DNA of 64,000 nt from Amphiscolops sp. MND2022 (taxonomy: Eukaryota), in NCBI GenBank assembly GCA_964187785.1, contig OZ076409.1, forward strand, positions 68,636,001 to 68,700,000, given 5' to 3'. How positions within the stretch are numbered: position 1 is the first letter of the stretch; each line of letters begins with the position of its first letter. The notes beneath the pieces were generated by a model. The model saw only the letters and a list, made by a program, of their open reading frames with translations, did no database searches and had not been told where the DNA came from. The position numbers were made by a program, and so were the translations under genes. This document shows positions 12,400-25,491 of the stretch, piece by piece.

Positions 12400-15300
12400 C
12401 ATTCGTTACATGAATATACGTTCGCTTAGGTGCCATCATGACCAATTAATTACTAATTTCGATGAATTTGAAGTGAAGCCTGTTTTGATTTAACCCTGTG
12501 AGACTTGGTTGACAGATAATGATCCTACTGACCTGTATTGGTTCGACTACAACTCTAACATTGAAGCATCTAATAGACAGATCAAATTTGGTGGCAGTTG
12601 AGCTTTCTACGGGATAGAAGATGTGAATTACGCTGCAACCAAACTCAAATCTAATATTGAAGATGTAATTGTCACAATCCACAGGGACGCTTGAGGTGTC
12701 TGCTTTTTATAAATGTATGCCTTATTCATGGACCACCAGATGCTAAAGTAGTTTTCTTTGATGAACTGGATTGTCTTTAACTGATTTGTTTGAAATGAAA
12801 AGAGATTCCATTCTGGTAGGCGAATTCAATATTGACGTGCTTGTTAATTTAGATTATAAACCCAATAAACTATAACTTCTTTTGAAAGCTTTTAGACTTT
12901 CTGTGCAGAATGAAGAGCCCACACGAGAGACACTGTCGACTTTGAAATGCATTGATATTGGCATATCACCTAGAAAAATCAAAGTTGGAATTCTCAAATA
13001 CAAAATCAGTGATCAATACGCTTTGAGATTTTCCATTTTTTAAGACACAAAGCTTTGCTTCGCTGATAATGTCAATCATTTCGCGACTTTTGCTGCTTTT
13101 CTAACGAAGATTATCATCTAAAATGTTTGATCTATATTGATCAAGCACTACATAAATGTCAGTGTGACACGATTGAAAGCAAGTTAAACTACCTCACCGA
13201 TGTCCTGAATTCAGCTGACGAAAAGTATGCTTCATACAAAAGACTTGATGCTACGAAGAAACGATCCAATTGGGTAACAAACCAAATCAAATCAATGATT
13301 AAAAGGCGTGACAAAGAACACGCCACTTACGTTGAAGCAAAAAGAACGGTTTAGTTTATTGGAAACTCCGTGACCCGGTCACCAGTGAAATTCGGAACAC
13401 AAAAGGATCCTATTATGACAAAAAAATCGAATACGTGCGCGATTCAAAAGAAATATTCAACTGTTTCAACCATTTTTGGGGGAACGAAACTAAGAAAAAT
13501 GAGAAGTAGAAGTTGAGAAATTCCGTGACTTTTTCGTAATTTTTGAAATAAACTGGCAATTGGGTGTGGTGACATTTTCCCCCATGATGGCACAAATGGC
13601 CCTGTTTGAACCTTTGCGCTTTTCGATACAGATGCAGCTGAAGTTTGTAGCATAATCAAACACTCAAAGAACAAAAATTCTCCTGGTCATGATTTTTGAG
13701 GCTTGCATAATCGACAATTTGTCAATTTTTATACGATGTTTTCATTAAGTGTATACAACTTTCACAGTTTCATAAGCTTATGAAAACAGCCAAAAGTCTT
13801 CCACTTTTAAAAAAAATGATTCTTCCCTACCGGATAACTATCGACGTATCAGCCGTTTGACTTCCATAGGCAAAATTTTTGAAAAACGTATAAACAAACG
13901 AATAGCAAAATTTTTGGCGAAAATTATTCTTGTACACATGCAATTGCTGAAATCACCGAATTTATGCGAACCACAATTGACAAATAACACTATGGCTTGG
14001 CAGCTGTCATTGGTTTGAAAAATGCTTTTGATACGGTAGATCATAATCTTCTCATCAAAAAACTAAATAGCTTTGGATAACGTGGTCAAACTGAAAACTT
14101 GCTCAGAGACTACATATGTGATAGAGAACAATTCGTATTTTCTGGTTATAAAAAATCATCACGGAAGAGCAATGAATATGGTGTACAAGAAGGTCCAATC
14201 TTGGGCACATTTTTTGAAAATTGATTTGCCTGATGAAAGTAAAAATTCAAAATTGGTTCTTTTTGCAGATGATACAGCAGTTGTATCTTCTAAAAGCTTT
14301 AAAAATGTAACAAAGGACGTTGTATTGGAGTTAGAATGCAAGATGCATAGTTTGCGGGTAAGAAAATGACTATCAACTTATCTAAAAAATACTATTTTAC
14401 CCTTTGGAGAATCATTAGCGCCAACGGAAATTGACGAAGTTGAAGGTTTAGCCGAGGAATTTGATGTTGTTGTCAAATTCAAGTACCTAGGCGTTAGTTT
14501 TGATAAAAGATTGAGTTTTCATAGAGCCCTATAGCGAGTATGCTGGAAGAATAAGCCAACTTTAATGGTTTGGTATACAAGGCAGGTTGTTGTTTTTCAC
14601 GGAAACTTTTTTTGAGGTTTTATCAAGCATATGCTATACCGAATATACAGTAGGGGCTGCTCAATTATGGAGTTACAAGACATTCAGTGCTGAATGATTT
14701 TCTTTTAATGCAAAAACGAATGATACGAACAATTTTCTTCGAAAAACGTAGCGATAGAGTTTCCAATAGATTATGAAGCATAATCTAGAAACAGTTTATG
14801 AACTTTACGTAGAAGAAATTGTCGAAGAAACTCTTATTCAAAATTATGGTTTTTCGTCATTGAAATCAAAAGATATTCTTAATCAAGCTTTCCAACGGAC
14901 GACTCGATCCCGAAATGCTGGAGTACTTCGACTCCATTCCACCCGAACAATTACAGCCAAGAACGCATTAGCTGGGAAAGGTTTAAAGTGCTACAATTTT
15001 TTTTAATGGAAAGCGACCTTTTGCCTTTCAGTTTCATAAAAACGTGGACAAAATAATGTTTAAAAATTCATAAAAAATTTCAAAAAACTGTACATCCTCG
15101 ACAGTGAAACAACTTTTAACCTCATTTTTCGCTAAAGTTGCCGATTTCCTAGCTAGTAACTTTCTTCATTGGAGCTGACTTCCTTCTTTTGTTTCTTGTC
15201 GGTATTTATTTTTTGTTGGGGCGTATACTCTAGAGCTGTAAAGAGTAAAGAGCTGTAAAGCTTTTTCCGTCCCGGTCAGATATGTATCTACTAATGAACA

Positions 15301-15401
15301 AATCACTTTTGTTATAATTGTGTTCAGTTTATACTAATTATATTTATCTGACCAAGTGAATTCAAATAAATGAATTCAAATATTCAAATATTCAAATATT
15401 C
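12400..15401 (+). mobile_element. Decayed non-LTR retrotransposon (CR1/L2-like LINE), ORF2 APE endonuclease + RT, with microsatellite tail
   Basis: Broken motifs in order: CETWL, ILVGEFNID (GDFN), SDQYAL (SDH), NYRRISRLTSIGKIFEK, KNAFDTVDH, YGVQEGPILG, LFADDTAV, FKYLGV. 3' tail (ATTCAAAT)x3.5 at 15374-15401. Many stops and frameshifts; 5' boundary approximate. Confidence 0.85.
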
Positions 15402-16317
15402 GAACTTTGCCAATAACGCAGCTTCAAAAAGGTCTAACCATCTATTTCAATCTTTGAGATTTTTCTTTCGAGGTATCCTGCCAGAAGGAGGATTTCCTCA
15501 AAACAGGCCCCGATTTTGTGCTTGCATCGCTTTGCTATCGCACGCAGCAGTGAAACAGCACTCTAGTTTTTGGAAAGAGCGCAGCTAATGAATTGTGAAT
15601 TGTTAAAGCTCAAACTTTCTAACGCAAAACTTATATTGGGAGGTATTGAGTTTTTCGGAACGAAAACAAATGTGTTGCCAAAATGTCACTCTTTCCTTTC
15701 GATAGGAGACTTCATGAGCGAACCAACAAATTGATTTAAAGCTGTTTTTCTAAGTTAGTGAAAAATTGTTTTTACCGGATTGATCCTTGAACATCATGCC
15801 TCAATACAAGCATTAGCCAGTGTGCTCTCCCGCTCTCCTTTAATTCTATTTTGTCCCATTCAGTTCCGAACCAAAACCGAAATTTCTCCTCGTGCTCCAG
15901 TCAATAAACGAACACAAGTTCAAGCGTCGGTAGAATCACTATGGTCACTGAAAAAACAAGAGCCACAAAAATGCTCAGCTGTATAAAATTCTATACAGTG
16001 CCGAATGAAACATTTTACTATTTCAAACATCGCCAGTTTTACACCGTGTGTTTCGTCTGAAAACTCAGGATTCAACGTATTTTGTGACTGCCAACCTTAA
16101 GCAGTTACTGCAAACTAGTTCAAGATTATAGTTAGGTTGTTTGGTTGCTAGTTATTTTTTCTTAAAGCTAAGAACTAAGAATGAAATGAGTCACGAAGTC
16201 TGAAACCATAGCAAGAAACCGGGCTTGGATCTGTTGGCACTGCTTAGGCTATTTTTGTTTTTGCAGTCATTTAAGTTTGCAAGCAACCCCCTTTATTGCA
16301 TCACACCAAAACGATGT

Positions 16318-16852
16318 AACAAGCCGAGAACGGCCAAAGTCGGCGCTATATCTAAGGCTCAAAATTGTAAAAGAGGTATCTTCGGGCTTTGTGAAACTCC
16401 AGCTGGTTGCAAAATATGAAAAAATTGAAGTGGAGCCCTCTGGGGACTTGAAAAAATTTCCAAAAAAAATTTTTAAACTGAGATTTTTGAACAGTGTCAC
16501 AGTGCCAAAAAATGTAAAAGGGGGGACCCTTTGGGATTTTTTGACATCCATTGTGTTGCAAAATGTCGAAACAAATGAAGGGGGGGCCTTTGATGCAATC
16601 CAAAAAGTTTCAAAAAAAGTCGCATAGTGCCGAAAAAAGTGGGGCTATGGGGGATCCTTAGTGTGATTTCGAGGTTCTGGACGTCTGTTTTGTTTCTTCT
16701 TTTCGTTTTGGACGCGCTTTTGAGGTTCGAGTTGTTGAGGTTCGAAGTTGTTGAGGTTTGACGTTGTTGAACAAATGAACAAAAAAGTGGACCTTACGCG
16801 TCTAAAAAAAACTACCCACTGTAAGAGTCTACTAAAATGCACCGGCTAAAAA
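16318..16852 (-). mobile_element. Helentron-associated (HINE/DINE-1-like) non-autonomous element, copy A
   Basis: Begins AACAAGCCGAGAACGGCCAAAGTCGGCGCTATATCTAAGGCTCAAAA (terminal hairpin + subTIR) and ends CACTGTAAGAGTC...CCGGCTAAAAA. Internal short tandem repeat GAGGTTCGA(A)GTTGTT at ~16722-16770. Confidence 0.7.
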
Positions 16853-18749
16853 CTGCATACTTACGCAGAGACTACCGATTGAAGTAGCAATAATGCAGTC
16901 AAGTGACAATTTCATTCACAATTCAGGTAAAGTTTGCTTTGGTCAACCAGCCGAACTCATCGTCTCTACTTTGCATGAACAAACGAAATGGCCAGATTGC
17001 AAACTTGTGCAAAAGCGATGCAAACTGGCCAAGCAAGCATCAGCTATTATGCGGGATGAGTTCTTTGTCAAACGGTTGGGGGAGACAACATGAAAGACCT
17101 GACGTTTTTTGAAAAGGAACTTTTTTTCAAAGCAGCAGGACAGATCTCTCACGTCCACCCATGAACTACCTTCTTTTCTCCGATCCATTGCAAGGTCACT
17201 CCATAGTGGAAAAAACTCCACAGCCATTATTCCTTGATCCCTTGAAGCTCTGTGAAAACGACAACACGAAGAGACAGGTGACCATTATTGAAGAAAGTTA
17301 TTGTTTCTCGGCATTGGAATTAGGTAAATATTGAGAAGTAAAACAGAATACCGCTAAATGTGCGATGGTGCTTTTGTTTTTGTTCATCTCTGCGAAATCT
17401 GCAGCGAATTCTACCAAGCGTTTGATAGAAAAGCGAACTAGAAGTTTTCTCTGCTTATTTCGACTAAAGCATTTTGCCGTTTTTCTATACTTTTACTCGA
17501 AATTACTCTTCTTTTTGATTATCGCTTTTGATTCTTGCATTCTTAGACCTGTTTAAGTAACTCTGCTTGCTTATCAAAGTTTTCTAGTTTGTCTAGTGGC
17601 CTCGAAGTGTCATGTTTTTCTATGATGTTTCATAAAAATAGGTTGTTTTATATGGAGAGCAGACGAAAGCGCCCAGTCAAAAGCGCCTTGCTAATATTCA
17701 CAATGAATTGTTCCGCCTCTGTTTGAGACTATTTGAAGATGCTATTGAATATAATGCAACGTTGGTGATACCCATCATAGCATTTACACACGGTTTGCAT
17801 TCATTTCATCCCACACATTCCAGTCCACATTCCTTCACATCCCACATTTTAATTATTAAAACGCGACCCAAACTTATTACTACTCTCACAGTTTCAATCA
17901 AAGTGACCAATTATCAAATTAGATAAATATATAATGCCTTTTTTATTCACGCTTCTAATACTTATCATGTATTAGTTGTTAACATCCGCATGATGATAAA
18001 TTCCACCATTCTCTGAGAATATTTGTCCCACTTAATTTTGGAAGAATATGTTTTCTTGAGACAGGGCTTTCGATTTGTAACGTCCACCAGCCTTGTGACC
18101 GAACAACACCAACAATTTGCAAAATTTCGTTCAAAATCGGCATGTGAGCAGGTACATAGAATCAGAAAAAAAAGAAATTGGCATGTTGCGCTTGGCTTCG
18201 AGAAGAAACGTTCAATGGTTGCAAAAGGTGCTACAATTTGTGTATATTCCAGGGCCCAAAACCATTTGAACTTATATAGTATCACATCAGGAATACTTGA
18301 TGACGGAAACTTAATTGGTTCAGAAACTAGCCTATATCCTTGCTGCACTTTGTGAGAAGAATGGTGTCCGTATCTACTTTAAATTTTGAGAAATATGAGA
18401 TACATATGGAAAAAAGTTCAGACAGTTTTTTCCATACTTCCAAGAAAACTAAAATGAAAGAAACTTTTGATCCATTGCAAGAGGTCACTCCATTGTCGAA
18501 AAAAGGAATTTGTCAGAAAGTCGTCATTTTGGGCATCTCTCAATGCTCGAAGCCTCAAAAACACAAACCCCTGACACCTCGACACCCCGAATACCCGGAA
18601 AGCTTATCACAACAACGTGTGGAATCTCGAAATTGCGATATCACCAGAAGAAACAATCGAAAATGCCAAAAGTGCCCAATTGTGCTGCGAGACTAAGATT
18701 GATTTTTTTGTGACAGTAGTAATTAACTTGAAATACTTATAAACAACTA

Positions 18750-19922
18750 CACTGTCTGAACACAAAGATTTGCTCACCGCAAAACAATATCTGCGATTTC
18801 TGTTCACGTCTCGTGTGAACGAGTTTCAGGTTTTTCAACATGGTTTTGAAAAACACAACGTTAGCAAAATTTATTGTCTACCGTGAGATTGGTTATTCAT
18901 GGTAAAAAATTGCAGTACAACTTGGCCTAAAAGGTCGATCTACCCCGAAGATGGCTAACAATCATTATATCAAAAAAGGAAGTTTGGACCCACGAAAACC
19001 GACTGGAAGGCCTCGCAAAATCAGCGAACGCGGAAAGAGATTTATTGTCCGATGACAGGAGGAGAAGGACACTTTTGTGAGCCCTGAGGGACTCCGCGTC
19101 CTATTCAATAGTTTTTCGGCAGATGAAACAGTCTGCGAAAAGACTATTCGCAGGATGTTGCGAAGACGTGGGTATTAAGGAAGTGCTGCCCAAAAAAAGT
19201 TACTCATGAAATCCAATATTCGCCAAAAGAGAATGGAGTGATGTCGGCGTCACAGGTACTAGACGGGCGAGCAGTGGGGGCGTGTTCTGTTCTCGGACGA
19301 AGTGAGGGTTCGGCTGAGGAGCGACAGAGGAGTTCATGTGTGGCGGAGACCAGGTAAAAGATACGACCCAAAGTACACAAAACATCTCTCAACTGACAAA
19401 CGCTCACTTATGTTCTGGGGTGGCATTTCTTTAACGGGCCAGAAGAAACTAATCAAATGTCCGCTGTCAATGAAGAGCGGTGATTACCTCTCATTTCTTC
19501 GAGATATTAGACCGGAAATTATTGGCCAAGATTTGATGTCTCAGCACAATAACTGCCAGGTGCATAAAGCACAAAAAATTCGAAGTTTTCTCAGGAAAGT
19601 GGCGTCAATGTGCTACAATGGCCTGCCTACACTCCGGACCTCAAAATCATAGAGAATTTATCGGCTATCGTCAAACGGCGTCTCCAGAGAGAAAGAATAA
19701 CATAGGAAAATTTAGAGGAAACTTCCATCAGAGTCTGGGAGAGCTTGAACGAGAAAACTGTTATAAAAATGTAGAATTCCATGAAAAATAGCGTAAATAG
19801 TTGTTCAAAAGCCAAAGGTGCTATGATTGGTTATTAGTTTGTTGTTTTCGTTTTTGTTCTGTCTTTGAGTTCTCGTTTTTTTAAAAGTTGGTAGGTGTGC
19901 AAATCTTTTTGTCCACACAGTG
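18750..19922 (+). mobile_element. Decayed Tc1-like DNA transposon
   Basis: TIRs CACTGTCTGAACACAAAGATTTGC / GCAAATCTTTTTGTCCACACAGTG with TA on both flanks. Transposase motifs FSDE, MFWGGIS, QHNNCQVHKA and WPAYTPDLKIIENL, broken by stops and frameshifts. Confidence 0.9.
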
Positions 19923-21378
19923 TAACATCTGAAGTGAAATGAATGTGGGGTGAAATAATATGGGGTAAAAAGAACATTGGGTGAAATGATGGTGAACCCT
20001 TCACACCTTGAAAATCTCAATTGAAAACAACTAAACGGCTGACTTTGACACTTGTGAAAAAAATCAATTGCCTAATTCAATTAAGCAATTCGTTAATGCA
20101 TCGAGAAAAACATGACGTTTTTTGTGAGAAAAAAGTTATCACACTGCAAGTCATTTGATTTGGGCGCTTATGACTGGAGCCTTTATGACTGGGGTTATTT
20201 TATCTGGTGACTGTATTTTATCTATCTTTTTACTTCAAAAAAAATTTGACGGCATCATAAACACATTAATTGACAAGTATTACAGATTCGATTGACATCT
20301 AAGAACTTTTGGTGAAAGTCTATAAAAAGTTTCGATAAAAATTCAAGACAGAATTCAAGATCTTCAAAAAATGGCAAAACATTATATACGGAACCCATGA
20401 GCTTGTCAAGATGAGCCCCGATTTGAAGATTTTTCCAAGATTCCAAGATCACAAGATTTAAAAACTTCGTCTCTAGTGTTCAACTTCGATTTAAAATAAA
20501 TTGCAATTGGTATTCACTCAATTCCTGTCAGCTATATCGATGCTAAAGGAACTATCGTTTATCAATTACTACAATATCATTCATGACCTTTAAAAGCAGC
20601 TTACAAGATTATTTTTCCGCACCAGAGTCAAGTAATTGTTTCTTGATCTCTGGAAGCACTTTTGATAGCTGATTTGCTGATATCATTTTTCAAGCAACAT
20701 TCGGCTTGAAAATAATTCATCGTTTTTTAAACATGCTTCCGTTTATCCGGCTTACCGTCTCACTGTTTTGTTTTCAAATTACTTCCTTTCATTCAATTCA
20801 ATCGGCTCAAAGTCTTTTGTGAGTAGTTGGACAGAAAGCGCGTGCATAGTCAATTTATGAATTCGCAAACATAATTTTTGCAAATTACAAATAAAACAGA
20901 ATCAATCAATTCATTGTTTTTGGGAGAACATCTGCTCTGAAAATCGTTTTCCAGCTTCGAGTTTTGGACTCCAAATTCTTCCAGCGGTTACCTCATTTTT
21001 ATCTCACTGACTCTTTTCTATTACCCAGGAGCTTTTATCACAAAAGATACATAATTGAGCTCAATTAATTCCCAATTACTTTGCCAAGTAATATACCAAA
21101 TACATTACCGCGGATTTTTTCCAACCCTTCAAGAAACACGTCAACTAAAGCCATTGTAAATAGAAGTGTACTAGGTAAATGATTGGATTCTTGTTTCAAA
21201 AATACCAGAGTATACACAAATAGCGTTCTTTGTCCTGCGCGGATTGTGATAGCAAGGGGGAAATTGGAGGTTCGAATCCCGTGCTGGGCCGAAAAATCTT
21301 TATGCTTGCAAACGTAGAAGAAATCAAAGGGTCCCTATTTCATCTTTTGGCACTTGGACCTTTTTAAGAGAAAAAATT

Positions 21379-22438
21379 GAGCAGTTTTTGGGTTTGTCTA
21401 AGATCTGAAGTACATCCAGGCATGCTGATGGACCACATTGATTCTTTCACATTTTTACGTAACTTAAACTGAACAGAGAATTTTTGTAGTTTAAAATATT
21501 ATTTTTGGTCAAACAGTTAAGGCTGGAAGGTGTCGTAGCTGAATGAACAAAAATTGCAGTGTAATTTTACTTTTTGTTTGTTTTCTTAGAGCAGTTTTTG
21601 GGTTTGTCTAAGATCTGAAGTACATCCAGGCATGCTGATGGACCACATTGATTCTTTCACATTTTTACGTAACTTAAACTGAACAGAGAATTTTTGTATG
21701 TTAAAGTATTATTTTTGGTCAAACAAATAAGGCTGGAAGGTGTCGTAGCTGAATGAACAAAAATTGCACTGTAATTTTACTTTTTGTTTGTTTTCTTAGA
21801 GCAGTTTTTGGGTTTGTCTAAGATCTGAAGTACATCCAGGCATGCTGATGGACCACATTGATTCTTTCACATTTTTACGTAACTTAAACTGAACAGAGAA
21901 TTTTTGTATGTTAAAGTATTATTTTTGGTCAAACAAATAAGGCTGGAAGGTGTCGTAGCTGAATGAACAAAAATTGCACTGTAATTTTACTTTTTGTTTG
22001 TTTTCTTAGAGCAGTTTTTGGGTTTGTCTAAGATCTGAAGTACATCCAGGCATGCTGATGGACCACATTGATTCTTTCACATTTTTACGTAACTTAAACT
22101 GAACAGAGAATTTTTGTATGTTAAAGTATTATTTTTGGTCAAACAAATAAGGCTGGAAGGTGTCGTAGCTGAATGAACAAAAATTGCACTGTAATTTTAC
22201 TTTTTGTTTGTTTTCTTAGAGCAGTTTTTGGGTTTGTCTAAGATCTGAAGTACATCCAGGCATGCTGATGGACCACATTGATTCTTTCACATTTTTACGT
22301 AACTTAAACTGAACAGAGAATTTTTGTATGTTAAAGTATTTATTTTTGGTCAAACAAATAAGGCTGGAAGGTGTCGTAGCTGAATGAACAAAAATTGCAG
22401 TGTAATTTTACTTTTTGTTTGTTTTCTTAGCAGTTTTT
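21379..22438. repeat. Tandem array of 5 x 210 bp
   Basis: Unit starts GAGCAGTTTTTGGGTTTGTCTAAGATCTGAAG at 21379, 21589, 21799, 22009 and 22219. Middle copies look identical; copies 1 and 5 have a few variants. Confidence 0.95.
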
Positions 22439-22860
22439 TTCTTCTCGAAAATTTATCAGTGACGACATCTCCCGTGTAAACAAACAACAAGTAGTAAGAA
22501 CTGTTATGTATTTGATTTTCTTTGACAGTCCATTTCGTAGTACACTACACAGTTGTTCGGAGTCTGTCCTGTTCTAATTGGCTAGCATTATATCTGGAAT
22601 TTTATTATACAACATGAAAGAAGGTGCTTAGAAGAGAGAAAAAGGGTATTTCGTGATATCAAAATACTAAAACACCTATTGCCATGTTAATAGAAATCAT
22701 AATTTGCACGTAAATGCGTTATCTAGAATCAGGATTCAGTACCTTGTTTGATAACAAAAATATCGACCATTTGCTAGGTACACTGGGCTTTCTTTTTTGT
22801 TTCAGTTCATTTTTTTCCAATTTTTAACTCCTCAGTCCTGATCCTGAAAAGCAGTTTGAA

Positions 22861-22896
22861 TGACTCCATAGCATGACTCCATAGCATGACTCCATA
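22861..22896. repeat. 13-bp minisatellite (TGACTCCATAGCA) x ~2.8
   Basis: Directly visible. Confidence 0.9.
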
Positions 22897-24849
22897 ATTG
22901 ATTATTTGTTAAAAAAAGACAAATTCTGTGAGCTATCGAAAGCTTACGCGTAGCAGTTTTTCCTGAATCAAAGCGGTAAACACGAAACGCCATCCATTGA
23001 AAAATTTTGACACGTAAGCCATAAAGAGCAAAATGATATATAGCATTCGCATGGTCTCAAACAATTTCCGCAGGTCTCGATGTTGTCTGTGAGGCCGGCA
23101 AATTGTAACGACAAATGCTAAGCGGTCGCTGAGTTCTCCATACAAGGGGTGGAACTACTACAATGACTCAAAGGCCCGGGACTGACAGTCATAAGGTATC
23201 AGTCCATCTTACCTCTGGTGGGCGCGCGTCCCGATGGAAGGGTCTTCGTCTCGAAAGGAGGCTCTCTAACATATTCCAGTCTGTTATTGCTCTCTGTAGT
23301 GGGAATCGTGCTTGATCTAGGGGCCACTCAGGAAGCCTTCAAAAACAGAGTCCATTTACTACCAAGTGACATCATCAAAAGAGAAAAGGTGAACATAGTC
23401 CAACAGCAGCTCCCGAGCATTCACAACAAAACAACTGAAGAAACAACAATAACTGGCACAAAATATAAAGGAAATTGGCATAAGTCTGCCCTAGTTGGAA
23501 CTAAGTAGCTAATTTTATGCTATCATCAGTTTCTGGGTACTCAGTACTTCTTGTTACAATAACCACAATTTTGCGTTGGCAGAATTATGCTCGCGAATTT
23601 CTAGGTTTGTGCCCACCGTAGCATGACTAATGCGCGGTGGACATGCGTTCTCAAAACTTGATGTCCACGTCGTATTCACACATCTCTTATTCACTCTTTC
23701 CTTCTGGTCCGGCACTTTGGTGACATGCTTCAGCAGTAATCGAAATTTGCGTCGAACGAAATTTTCACGCTTTTTCTGAAGTACTTTTTAGGAGGATTAA
23801 TTTTTTGCCCAGTACATTGTTTTCAAAATCCAAAAAATTCCAACAACTAACGGCTATTTTCTCCATAGCAGAAGCTTGTTTGGAGACAGGTCGCATGGAT
23901 ATTCCCAGCGGTTTTTGGCGCATTGCTTCTAATAACTCTGGAGACTGAATTAAAGGATTGTCTCATTGGAGCATTAATTTCGCTCAGAAAGGTTTTAGGC
24001 GAAATTTTGAGAAATCATTCAATAATTTCACACCAAAGTTCTCCGTAACGGAACTTTTTTCAAAACACAAGTTACGTGACAATTCGCAGGGCTTATTGTA
24101 CCTTCGATTCATATAACTTTCACGCTATTTGGCTAAATTAAAGGCCTTAGTTCGACTAAAAACTAATTTTTTTCTCAAAATTATCATTATTCAACTTTTA
24201 GTCGCATAAGAAACTATCGAAAAAGTTTATGAATACAATCAAAATTTAGACCATTATCAACTGTGATCTTCCGGATTTTTTCCAGGAAAGTAGAATGCTC
24301 CGATTATTGCGCGTCGAGCGACAAGGCTGCGAAGAAAAACAATGGAGTGGGATGTCGCGTTTCTGGGTGGCAAGATTTAAAAAATCAGTCAAATCGTTCA
24401 AACGTCCGTGCGAATCGTGGCAAAAGGCTTCGCTCCGCTTACGCTACATTTACCTAAAAACCACAAAAATTACATTTTCTGCTATACGCCCTCAGACAAA
24501 AATCAGACAACTTCCAGCGTCAGTTTTCAGACTAACTGAAGTCAGAGTCCCACCTAAAACTGAAATGGAATCTCAAACTGAAATCTCATACTACCAACGG
24601 AAAGGACAAACCATGCGAATCGAAAAAGTTTTGTTTAACTGGAAACATCAAAAAATCATTTCATGAAATTTTTTTTAAAAAACGCACAATGCTAAAACCC
24701 AACACAGTGTCCTGAAAGAGACCCTATAAATGCTCTGCTCTTGTTAAAATAAAATTAAGGAGTTTTCACGATTATTTAGAAGAAAAAAATCAAAGTGCCG
24801 AAAAAATCCCCAAAAAATAATGTATTGGCCACTTGGCATAGAGGTTAAT

Positions 24850-25180
24850 AGGGATTTTTTGAGGTCTGCAAAGGACGTGGGTTCGAGTCTCGTCCTTCAC
24901 CTTCACCAAGTTTTTTGTGCATGTTATATCGGCTTTGTGAGATTTTTTTCGCAATTTTTTTAATGTTTCCAAAGGGTCCCCCCTTCAATTGTTTTTTTTC
25001 TATTTTGCAACAGAATGGATGTTCAAAAAATCACAAAGGGTCCCCGGCGCGCCAATTCGGTTCAACTTTCATTTTTCCCCATTCGGGTACTGTAGAAGAG
25101 AATACTAGACACTTTGAAGTCCTTTTGCTATTATTGAGCCTTAGATATGGCGCCGACTTGGGCCGTTCCCGGCTTGTTTT
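24850..25180 (+). mobile_element. HINE-like element, copy B (5'-truncated), just upstream of DEG/ENaC paralogue 2
   Basis: Ends TTGAGCCTTAGATATGGCGCCGACTTGGGCCGTTCCCGGCTTGTTTT, the reverse complement of the terminus of copies A, C and E. Left boundary approximate. Confidence 0.7.
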
Positions 25181-25491
25181 TGTTTCTTGAGAAAACGATG
25201 ATTATTATACATGATTCATTTTGAAGCAGCACTCTTTTTTTATTACTTAACTTAAGATTTCGACACCCAGTCAAACGTCTTCGCATACAATTCCTTCCAT
25301 TCTTTGTGAAGTTCATCGCTCGTGTTAATACATAAGTACGAAAATTCTCATTTTCAGGTAGCAATTTACTACTAACTTCCATTTTCCAGGCACACTTTCG
25401 CTTCATTTCCCACTGGACTGCATTCATATTATTACTCTTTTCATTTTGATTTTACTTTTATTTAGTTTATCGAAAATTATTCAAAATCGAA

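Noticed and set aside
21235..21295. tRNA gene (GGTTCGAATCCC)
   Set aside because: Only a B-box/T-arm is visible; no cloverleaf or acceptor stem could be built. Likely a repeat-derived fragment.
21379..22438. CRISPR-like array
   Set aside because: Units are 210-bp head-to-tail copies without unique spacers; no cas genes; eukaryotic context.
23160..23510. Possible minus-strand exon ending at an AG|GTAAGA donor (~23212), and the plus-strand 96-aa ORF
   Set aside because: In-frame stops and no recognisable homology; cannot be supported.
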